Below, in pieces: positions 50,296 to 61,138 of a stretch of DNA of 64,000 nucleotides. The notes beneath the pieces are model-generated. The model saw only the letters and a program-made list of their open reading frames with translations, was not told the DNA's origin and did no database searches. The DNA is taken from the NCBI GenBank assembly GCA_010093815.1, contig ML996597.1, one strand, 5' to 3'. The translations under genes were made by a program, and so were the position numbers. Within the stretch, counting starts at the first letter, position 1; every line of letters starts with the position of its first letter. The stretch comes from Pseudovirgaria hyperparasitica (lineage: Eukaryota).

Positions 50296-51404
50296 GGCAG
50301 CGTGCTCTATGACTAGACCTAGATAGAACAAAGAATAGTCGCGAACACTAGACAGCCACTCCGGAGAGATTTGCGATACCTCGTGCAGTACTGAGGCTAT
50401 TAGATATGTACCTCCAGTGAAAAGAGTCTATTATGCAAGGCGGAAAGATTATTGCCCGACTCGGGCACCAGCTACTAGGTATCCTACTTTGTGCGGCACT
50501 TGGAGTCGGTACCAGCGAGGGACGAGCTGTGGACGATAGTAGAGACGAGAAGCAGCGCGATCAAGGAGATCTGTGGCGTGTGTATCTGGTGTATCTCCTC
50601 GCAAGCCGTTGTTGTATTCAGGCGGTATCAGGTTGGTTGCATCCACAAGGGTCCTTTAGGTCCGTCTCTGGGCAAGGATAAGAATCCCGTCCCCGTCCCA
50701 GTCCATTACAATAGTGCGCCGTTCTGGTCTGAGTGAGGTCAATAATAGGTGGACCACGCGCTGGGCGGCTAAGTGACATGCCCAGTCACCACTACTACGG
50801 CCTCATCAACTGTGCGTTGACTGTCTTGTGCTTTGGTGTTTTGGAGTGGTAGACTTGACACAAGCACGGACGATCTATGGTTGTATGGCGTCGCCGTTGT
50901 GGTAAAAGAGTAATTAGCGAAGTAGCATAGTTCGTCCATGGTTATTCCATTCTGCCTGACTAGAGATGGGGACGTGGCTGTTTGCCTAAGCGTATTTCAG
51001 CAGCGCCTTCGAACTGGCGGGGCGGAGATGGGAGCGGCCAGGACAGTGAGGGAGAGCGTCCAAGACTTGGAGAGGATGAATGATGGATGGAGAGAGCGCG
51101 CACAGGAAAGCTGGTGAAGTCACAAGTCACATCCAACCATGAATGCATGTGGTGGTGGAAGCTACATACTGGAAGATACAAGACGAAGCTATCCGGATCC
51201 AAGGCTCAAGGTTTATATGCGCGCATGGATGCTGCAGCCATTCGTCGTTAATCCATCATACCTCGCGTCGCCCTCGTTTCTGCTTCTACATCTCCAAGTC
51301 TCGAATTCCTCTACTCAGCAAACCATTGCGCTACCCCTTCGAATTCTATAATTACTCTGTTCTCGTCTTTCGCCTAGCCGCAAACCCGCACTAGACGTTC
51401 GAAC

Positions 51405-52239
51405 ATGAACGAGAAGCAAGCTTCTTTACCGCAGCCGGCGGCTTCAGCGATCAGCCCAAGAAGGTCATCTCGTGGTCGTTACCATGTCGCCACGTTCGGC
51501 ATAATAGCCATCTTCTTCCTCTTTACCAGACATATATATCACTGGAACATCTCAAGCTATCGCTCGAGTGTCCGCAGCTGTCATGGAACCTTTCAGCCAG
51601 AGCCACGCATTACAGCTCGGAAGGTTGCTCTCGAGGCACATGTAATGTAACTTCTATCTCCAATACCAGCATGTCCAGCTATCTTCGTCACTAATTTCGC
51701 ATAGGTCAAAATGCCCCGACGCTCGAGACTGTCTCCAAAAACTCATCCTCCCTGTTATGGCAAATGTGTCTGACAAGGTAGACTTCACTCTCTCCTTCAT
51801 AGGAAAGGTCACAAATCACGACGATGGAGTTGAATGCATGCATGGGCAGACTGAATGCTTAGGTAACATTATCGAGTTATGTGCTGCCGATGTCTACCCT
51901 GATCCTAAAAGCTACCTCCCCTTCACGAATTGCCTATCACAACGATACAGGGACATTCCGAATGAAAGTCTACTGAAGGACTGTACTATGGAGTACGGCC
52001 TAGACTTTGACAAGATCAACCACTGCATGAGTAAGGATGACGGCGCCTATGCAATGGGATTGTTGAGGGACAGCGTTCAAAGGAGCAAGGATAACGGTGT
52101 CAAGACTAGCTGCACAATACGACTAGAAGGCAAGACTAGATGTGTAAGAGACGGTGGCAAGTGGAAAGATTGCGAGGGAGGTAATAAGCCCAAGGACCTA
52201 ATCGAAGAGATCGAAGAGCTATATAATAGCTCGTCTTAG
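51405..52239 (+). CDS. GILT-like (gamma-interferon-inducible lysosomal thiol reductase) protein
   Basis: TM anchor, LEAHVM|SKCPDA and CMHGQTECLGN. Intron 51647-51704. Confidence 0.8.
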
Positions 52240-52395
52240 AGACGTATATACGTATAGGTCGGTTCTCTTACAAGCATATTACTGGCGTTCGAACAGGTAG
52301 CGGTGGCATGGGGCTCGGCGAAGCAAATTTGCATGTCGGAGGCTTCGTAGCCGCAAGGGTATATTCATTCATCCACAGACAAATCTCGTTCCATC

Positions 52396-53259
52396 TTACT
52401 GAAATTCGCCAAACTCGCCATCGTCAAATCCCAATTCTTTGGCTTCCTTGTTCGGGTCCGTCGACGCACTTCCATATTGCATATTCCGACTCCTCCTCCT
52501 CCTCTCACTTTTGACAGCGCTCGCGCTGGGTGGTGGTGGTATCAACGGGAATGCTCCACCACCACTCGTAAGCGGCGGCTTCGATGTGAACTTTGACAGA
52601 CCTTGATCCTCACCACCACCAGTCGCCGTCATCGTACTCGATCCTGTATTCCTCCCTCTTCTCCCTCCAATCTCTACTTTGATTGTCTCTCCCTCTTTCA
52701 AACTGTAATCGCGCTTCACGTCACTTTTCTGCTCTCCTGGCCCTCTACTTGACCCGGGCTCAGCTGCGCCCTTCTTCTGCAGCCCAAGCACCCTCTGCGC
52801 ATCTTGCAGCGCAATGCTGAAATCCACTGCTTCAGCTCGTTCCTCGAATCCCAGCCCCAGCACTGCCTTCCTCCCATCGCCGACTACTCGGATCGCAAAG
52901 AAGCGCGACGAGTCAACCGCCGGCTCTACTGCGCCTTCGTCTGTATACGGCACCGCGGCGAACAGATTCCCGCTACTCGCTTCTTCAAGTAATACGTTCA
53001 CTGTGACTTTCTCTTCTTGTGCATGATCTGCCGTGCTAGCGCTGGCTTGTGTGGGGATTGCAGTCTCGACAATGCGTAATCGTGCAGTGAAGATCTCTTG
53101 CGCTGTAGGATTGCCCACAGCTGTCCATTGCGAAGCTGAGTGCCCTTTTGTGCTGCGCAGAGGTGGGATTTGGTAGATGTGGGCGCGGGGGCAGATGTAG
53201 AGGACGCGTTGGATGGCGGTTGCGGGAAGGGCTGCACCTGTTAGTGGGTCCGTATCCAT
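52396..53259 (-). CDS. Adaptin ear-binding coat-associated protein (NECAP, DUF1681)
   Basis: HIYQIPP, LFAAVPY, VEPAVDSSRFFAIRV, LGLGFEER and DYSLKEGETI. Confidence 0.85.
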   Translation of the reverse strand: MDTDPLTGAALPATAIQRVLYICPRAHIYQIPPLRSTKGHSASQWTAVGNPTAQEIFTARLRIVETAIPTQASASTADHAQEEKVTVNVLLEEASSGNLFAAVPYTDEGAVEPAVDSSRFFAIRVVGDGRKAVLGLGFEERAEAVDFSIALQDAQRVLGLQKKGAAEPGSSRGPGEQKSDVKRDYSLKEGETIKVEIGGRRGRNTGSSTMTATGGGEDQGLSKFTSKPPLTSGGGAFPLIPPPPSASAVKSERRRRSRNMQYGSASTDPNKEAKELGFDDGEFGEFQ

Positions 53260-53868
53260 GGCGTGAATGTGATGGTGTGAAGAGAGGGAAGATGTTCAGC
53301 CAAGGTGACTACCGAGCTTCGATTGAGATCTGAAGTCTTTTCGGTGGTTGGGGGTGACTGTGGCGGGCGGTGGTGCTGCTATCCAGATATCTCTGAGGGG
53401 GCTGCGGGCGTCGACGTATTACTAGGTAGCTACTTGGCCCGACGCTACGTGTTGACTTAAAGACAAGAATGAGCCAGTTGTTAGCCTACAACATGGCATG
53501 ATCTATAATCAACAGCTTTTCTGGAGTTTTTATCACATTTCCAGGGATACTCATAACTCCTGATATGTTTAGATGGAGATGGGCATTGTCGATATGTGGA
53601 TCAAGAAACAAAAGGGTAGAGTGATGCTTAATGAATGCTTGGGGTATAGATCATAAAAAGAGGGGCACAGAAAGGCATTATTGCTGGCGCGTCCAGATGG
53701 ACATACCATAATTACTTGATTGTTGTTGCTACATGCTAATCAAGCGCATTCACTATTATCATCTGTTTGTCGATGAGACTCTATTCCTTCTTCCGTTGAT
53801 GTAAATGTATCGAGCGTCTATACTACTCTATATCTCTAATCTATCAAGCATGTTACGGTCATGTCACC

Positions 53869-54833
53869 TTACACACCAGCTTCGCCTGCCTTGTATTGCT
53901 TGAATCCGTCCTGGGCCGCGTCCTTTACTGTCACCTTGCCTTCACTGTCCGTATGTGTTAGCATAAGCATACACGTGGTCGAGGGATACCTACACAATCT
54001 CCTTGACTTTGGCCGCAATAGACTTGAAGTCTGCAAATACGGTAAAGGGGATCTCTTCGCGCACACAGTAATTGATAAGATCCTTGCCCTTCTTTGCGAA
54101 CAACAGATCACTTTCACGCGCAGCAGAAAGATCCGACACACCGTCCCCAGCGTAGAACATGATGGGTCGGATGTCGTCAGGTAGCTGGCCGTACGGACGC
54201 AGAGTAAGGGACTTGTCATGACCAAATCCGCTCTCGTCATGGAATTGGATATCCCAACCATTCTCCTCGTCAATTTTCTTTCCTGGTCGGGCCTTAACGT
54301 CGTTTGCTACAACTTCGATCTTCTCCGAATCGGGTCCGATAAGGTTCTTCAAGAGCGCACGAATGACGGGGACCATACCAGACGAGAGTACGACGACTGG
54401 GACATTGTTCTCAAGAGTCCACTCGAAGAAGTCCTTGAAGCCAGGGTCGAGCTTGATGTTCTTGACTAGCAAGTCAATACACTCCGGAAATGGGGCTGTG
54501 ACACTGTCCAGCATCTCCTGGAACGAATCTCTGAAGGTGATCTTCCCTTCGAGGGTGTCGATGTTGCCCTGACGGCGCTTCTCGACTCCATAGCCAATAT
54601 TATCAGTCTGTCCACATTAGACATTGATGCAATTGTACAATTGATCAATACCGATTACCATATAGTCATTGCCTGTGAAAGGTTAGATTGTCAAAAGTCT
54701 ACGGCGCATTTGAGATGCTATGATGCTGGCAAGGCCACTGACTGTCCTGTAACGTGATCGTTCCATCGAAGTCTGTGAAAAAGATTGCTTTTGGGTTTGT
54801 CTTCATAGCCGGAAGATCTTGAATGGACCCCAT
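53869..54833 (-). CDS. HAD phosphatase, MtnX/Pyp1 (YNL010W)-like
   Basis: FFTDFDGTIT.QD|SND, LDPGF, VLSSGM, FGHDKS and GDGVSDLSAA. Three short introns. Confidence 0.85.
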
Positions 54834-55139
54834 GATGGTTATATATAATTATTGACGCAGAAATTCAGTTTTATCTGGTCTTAGATAATGGAGCCAACGA
54901 CAGAACTTCACTAAGCACTAATAATGATGTTTGAGGGCTGAGTTTGCATTTGGATGACCGTGAACTTCAATGAAGAGGCAAGCCAAGCCAACCCAACCCA
55001 CCAGCTGGGCAAAATCTACCCAAGTACCGGCAGTACTAATTAGTGGGCGGATCGGATGCCGTTCCGTAGCTCGGTTGTTGCAAAAGTCTGGTCCAACACC
55101 GCAATTCATTTTCGCCGTAGTGTATAGAACGAGCAAGTC

Positions 55140-56635
55140 ATGCGGCCCTTGGTCCAGTATGGCTCTCGTTCCACCAAGAATCTCAGTTGCTTCTCCATAG
55201 TGACAGGGCGAGCGCCACTGGCACACTTGAATCCCGCTCGCGCGACGAATCCTCCACCATCTCTTCGACGCCAATTTAGAGCTCTCTCATCACGGCCGCA
55301 GATACCAACGCCACTTGCAGCACTCTGGCAACGATGTCCCACTGATGCGCAGAACTTTCGCGCCTTCCACGCCTCTACGCGTGCTCTCGACGCCGACAGT
55401 AAGAAGCAGGAGGTGGAGCCAAAATTAGCAGAGGAAGCATTAGAATCTGATCGGGACAGCACCAGGGAAACCACTCGTGACTCGCCGATAGACGCTCCCA
55501 TCTCATCAATTACCCCTAGCGCTACCTCTCCAGCCTCTGAAGAGAGTCTTCCTTCTAGTAGAGATCAGCAAAGATGGGATTCGTCGAAACGCCTAGCCCA
55601 GCTCATGGAGGAAGCTCAAGAACGAATTGCCATCCTTACACACAAGGTCAACAATTACACTGGAACAGACTACTCTGGTATACAAGAGCTCCGTCAGCAG
55701 ATAAAGGAGCAAGGTAGGCTTAGATGAACTCAGGGCAGGTCCGCAGAAGCTGATTGGGCCGTTCAGAGGACGAAGTCAAAGCCAGGAGAGCCGCAATCGT
55801 TGGAGCAAAGCACGCCCTTGATGCAGCATTTGCTCAAAAAGCTACGTCGCAAAAGGAAGTGGTCGGACTGCTTGAGCGCAAGCATTCGTGGTCAGACTCA
55901 GATCTGGAGCGATATATGTCGTTGGTGAGATCTGAGCACTTAAACGACCAAGCTGTTCAAAATGCAAAGGACAAGGTATCTCAAGCAGAGCGAGATCTAG
56001 AGGAGGCGCGAGCCCAATTGGAAAAGGTCGAGAGGAAGCAGTATCACGAGGAACAGATATGGAGTGATACAATTCGACGAAACAGCACGTGGGTTACCTT
56101 TGGCCTTATGGGTTTCAACGTACTAGTACTCCTCGCTTCAATTGCCTTGCTTGAGCCTTGGAGACGGAAAAGATTAGTCCGTGAGATTCGATCTGCTCTC
56201 GAAGAACACCGACCAGTCTTGATATCCACCAATGCAGAACTACCAGCCCATACACCTGACACCCCAGTGGATTCAGTCGTTGAATCATCGAATGTTACTG
56301 TGGAAGAAGTCTGCGGTGTAGAGATAGACTCCAGAGGAGCAGAGGCCGATACTGATAGAAACATCCAGACGAGCCCGATCATCGAACCCAAAGCTGATCC
56401 CGAGCCAACGCCAGATACGGGAGAAGACGAACCGCAAGTAATTCTCAATGATGCAGCAACAGCTCGTACACCGTACGACCGAGTGGAAGAGCTCAAGTCC
56501 TTTGTTGCAGATCTCTTCAGTGAAGGTACTGTCACTATACGGCAGGTAGATATTACAACCTGGGTCTTAGAAGGCTTCACGGTGGGTGCTGCTGTGGTCG
56601 GTCTCCTTGTTGTACTCATGAGATCTACATCCTAA
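55140..56635 (+). CDS. SHE9: Mitochondrial inner-membrane protein She9/Mdm33
   Basis: Presequence-like N-terminus, TGTDYSGI, SQKEV..LLERKHSWS..DLERY, YHEEQIWSDTIRRNSTW and EPWRRKRL. Intron at ~55714-55767. Confidence 0.9.
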
Positions 56636-57620
56636 ACTAGTATCTATAAGCACCTTGTACATACCAAGAACACTCACTGTATTCTAGCTCTCAAAATTGA
56701 CGTATTATTTCACGGACCCTTTTTACTCCAATTGTCACACAATTAGGCACGATCATCCCTTTATACCTCAGAACAAAGCGATTTAGGTTTTGCTAGCACT
56801 CACACCCGTATGAGTGTGGCGCATGCGTGCTATGGGAATCGTGGGCTGGATGGCTTCGAGATTGCAATTCTGCAAGTAATCAACAGCTACGAATTCAAAA
56901 TAATCTCGAGATTCACGATTCACGATTCACGGTGCAGATGTGGCTCATTCTGTTCACAAGGTGAAGTTCTGCTTGAAGATACCTGATCTGATCAATGCCG
57001 GCCTTGATGATGTTCATGCATGGCATCAGATCATCTTAATGAAGTTACATACCCTCAGATCAGATGCTGCTAGGATCAGCTTGCAAAAGTAGCCCACCAA
57101 CTGAGCATCTCCCTAAGTCTGCTGTCTGAGCACATATGAATCTCTCACTGCCTGGACTATGCCACTGGAGCTGGAGGATGGGTTATGCTTGGTGCTGGCG
57201 TATGAGTAATACGATTGTGAGTGCCCCTTTATGCAAGCTGGTCTATAAGGATATTCGTCTTCTACTGGGTAAGATCTGCCGACTACCCTACTCAGAGCAT
57301 ACTTCTAGCATAATCGCAGCGGTTTTCATAGCTCTAGATAAGACACTTATAGATCTCGATGCACTCCATTTCGGTAGAAAGACCACTTTCATTGTTCTTA
57401 AGTTAACAAATCTTTCTTAACTTTTTCATAGGTTCCACCTAGATCTCCGATCTTTTCCACATCTGCATCCATGCTTGGAAGACCCTTGAAAGTGATGGCA
57501 AACGTACATCCAATCTTTGGAAATACCTTGCCGAGGTAATCCTTCACAGGTCAGTGATGTGAAGTTCACTGACATGCCTCATTAGGGTTTTATTGATGGC
57601 ATTGCATTACATTCGTACCC

Positions 57621-59172
57621 TCATTTTGGATATTGCTTGATGTGGTAGCTCTTGAGCTTCACAAACTGGTCGAAGCCAAACTTGCTAAGGGTTTGGCCCT
57701 TACCAGAATTCTTCCATCCAATCCAAGCGAGGTCCTATAGTTTGTCAGTTGACGTACTTAGGCTGAGAGAGCAGTGCGTAGAACTTGAAGACAGGGCTTG
57801 GGGACAACAGAACAGTATATACTTACTGGGCTTGGAAAATCGGCACGATTAACAAAGACCGTTCCAGCTTCTACTTCCTCAGCGATCTCATTGCCCTTGT
57901 CGGTATCTTTGGTCCAGATGCTGGCGGTAAGACCAAACTGACTATCATTCATGAGCTTGATAGCTTCCTGATCACCTTTCACCTTCATGACAGGTATCAC
58001 AGGTCCAAAGGTCTCCTCGGTCATCACCACCATGCTGTGGTCAACATTGGTGAGAAGGATGGGTGCGACATAATTGCCATCCCCTGGTGGGCTCGTGAAT
58101 GTCTCGTTTTCAGGGGTCATGTCTTTTGCGCCCTTCTCTAATGCGTCTTTGACATGCATACGAATGGTCTCGACCGATCTCTTCGATACAACAGGCCCAA
58201 TATTGGTGTTTTTGTCGAATGGATCTCCCAATTTGTAGCCTTTTAACACTTCTTGCACAGCCGACACAAATTGGTCATGGATTTTTTCGTCGACATATAT
58301 CCTTTCGAGGCTGCAACAACTCTGTCCAGAATTGAAGATTGCTCCGTCAACGATCTCGTCAGCAGCCCATGCCACATCGACATCCGATCTAACATATGCC
58401 GGGTCTTTCCCACCCAGTTCGAGGCCCACCCGGACTGCAACTCGGTCGCTAGCAGCCCGTTGTACAGCCAATCCGCCGGCAACCGAGCCAGTGAAACATA
58501 CCAATTGAATTGCAGGTGCACGTATAAGTGTCTCTATCTGAGTAAACGACCCACTGTGGAAATATTGTATGATGTTGTCAGGTAGCCCGGCCTTCTTGAA
58601 GATAACGGCAATTTGCTCCACGACGGTTGGCGTTTGAGGGGATGGCTTGAGGATGATAGAGTTCCCGGAAAGTAGCGCCGGGATTATGGAATTTATGAGG
58701 ATCAGGTAGGGATACTACCAAAATAAGCCCATCTGTACTGACTAGATAGCAAGATGGAAAGACCTACATTCCAAGCGAATAGCACCAATACAGGACCTAT
58801 TGGCACTTTCTTAATGTATCGCTTAAACCCCTTCTCGGGCTCCCCATCTGTATCACTCAAAGCCTCGTCGCTGATCTTCAGGAGGTATCTACCACGAGCA
58901 ACAGCAGTGCTAACTTCTTTGGCGGTATACGCGATGGGCCTACCCATCTGTTCAGTCAACTCTTTCGCCAGCTCATCTTGCTTTCCCTCTAGCAACGCAA
59001 GGGCAGTCCTGACAATAGTTTGTCTCTCTTTAAGTGGCGTCTTACGCCATGACTGGAAGGCTTCAGTCGCAAGCTCAGGAATTGCCTCGATATCAGCATC
59101 ACTTAAGCCACTACGTGTAGCGACGGGCTTGTTCGTGACAGGAGAGATGGTTGTGATTGTCTCAACAGACAT
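57621..59172 (-). CDS. Aldehyde dehydrogenase family protein
   Basis: AWN|YP, LKPSPQTP, FTGS, LELGGKD, GQSCC and EETFGP. Introns after AWN and after FPSP, with a final exon WKNSG...IKQYPK*. Confidence 0.9.
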
Positions 59173-61138
59173 AGTTGCTGAAGCAAAAGGTATGCTTGAT
59201 TTATGTCGTCGCTCGGGATGCAGATTTGCTCGTGATTGAATATCGATGTCTCAAGCCAAGATTGCGGAGGTGAGTGTGAATTGTTGACACTGACGTAACT
59301 TTCAATTGGAAGGTGCCATCAGCAGCTGGAGGGTCTCCCGGTCCTGCCCCGCAGTACCCCCTCCCTGAAGCTGCAAAGCTCAAAGACATGACTAGTAGTA
59401 CGCCGTTAATGATCACATATGCGCTGATAATATCTCGACTAACGTGCATCCTAAGATTTCCTCTTCGTGCTCAAAAGGGTTCGTCACAACCTAAAGTCGA
59501 ACAACAAAGTAAGCATAAGTCGACTTATTCACTTGATCAAAACTATAGACGACACCTATACCGACACCTTCTTATCATGTGACACTACTGCAGTAAGCAC
59601 CACGCAATACTAATGGCGGCAGCATGTTGATCGAGAGCAGAACACGAACCCGAGCGCAACCCACGACACGATAAGATGCAAGAAGAGCATGGAATCACAT
59701 TGGCACAGCACCAGTCCAACATAATCATGAAGACGATGACTGTGCCTGTGACTGGTGTCTGTTAGAAAACACGAAGCGGTTGTCGGCCAGATCATGTATT
59801 CATCCATGTGATTATTCTACACAAGGCTATTATCCATTGCTGCCTGCCCATGTCAGACATTCTCTTTCGCTTAGAGAGTCCAAAGTACAAACGAAACGGT
59901 TAGCGATGGCCACTAATCATTGTCTTCACCTTCTACGTTCCGACATTCGAAGGTAACTGGACCAGTGTCAACACCCCTTACGATATGGAAAGACTTGTTG
60001 TAACAACAAAATAGACCTTCTCCTGGCGTTATTAATGGAAATGTATCTTTTGGGCAGGCACTAGAACAATATGGAAGTTTCCAATGCAGGAGGACATAGC
60101 AGGGGAGCACAGACGCGGTTCGCCGCATGATCTACATGATTTCTCACACAAATTCCGGGCAAAAGGAAACGACACCATCGACTCTGGCCACCGGCGAAGA
60201 CAGAGGCAGAGAAAGGTACGCGAGCGATGCTCCACTTGGTCACGATATGAACAGTGGTATGAGCAGGGATAGGACCAGTCGCTAATATGCATGGATGTGA
60301 TTAGTAGCGGCTTGATGGCAACGGCGTGCAAAGCGCGTTGTAGTGGCTCAGCGTAATTGTAATATGTACATAGTACATAGTAATGCCTTCTATGCCTGTG
60401 CATATCTTAGCTACGAAAGACACGGCGCTTGTAATGTGGCATGAACCAGGGCTGCGGCTCCTTCATGACACGCAGTGAGAATGAGTGGCACAGACTAATT
60501 ATGATCTAGGTAGCTCTACGTTGGTGCAAGAGACTCTTGCGGGGAAGTGCAGAAGGAGGGGGGGAGGGGGACAGGGAGTGAGAATACACGAATGCACGCA
60601 GCACCACACACATAGATGACCAGACCATAATAACACTCCTTGCATGCTATGGAGAAAGATTGACCTCCAGCTGGCCCGCTACGTCTGAATGGCCTGAAAT
60701 AAATGGTGGGTGTTGATGATAATGATGCTCTGGAAGACTCAACCTAGCCCGGTACCCCATATTATGTGTCCCATGCCATGTACCCTGGGTACTCCATGAT
60801 CCAATCCCTCGCGTTATTATTGTTATGCCCCTAAGGTTTGTTACATCTTCTATATCTGCTATTGCCAGGCACTCAGATCTGAAGACTGAACCAAGCCAGC
60901 AAGACTGCTCATTTTCAAAACACCAAACTTCCCTCCTGGACTCTCCCAACCTCTATATACAGCCCTATCCATCGAGCTCGTAGGATAGTATTGTCGGTAC
61001 AAAGTACATCTACGGTACATCCATTTCGTTCGTGGGATATTTCCAGCTCCACCCCCGCCTCCTACCCACATAGCGTCCCGAGTCAGCGCTTGGACAAGCC
61101 GTGGCTGAGACTAATCCATCCATACTCATGCCGTTCGC

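Noticed and set aside
57004..57105. TGATGA...CTGA spacing resembling a box C/D snoRNA
   Set aside because: No terminal stem and no recognisable rRNA-complementary guide. Such short boxes occur by chance.
57417..57560. Short protein-like frame on the minus strand (…MDADVEKIGDLGGTYEKVKKDLLT*)
   Set aside because: About 50 codons with no start context, splice support or family match.
59200..61100. Scattered SYGGRG (CreA) sites and 60-120 aa ORFs upstream of xlnR
   Set aside because: The site count is about what chance gives for this degenerate motif, and the ORFs lack coding features.
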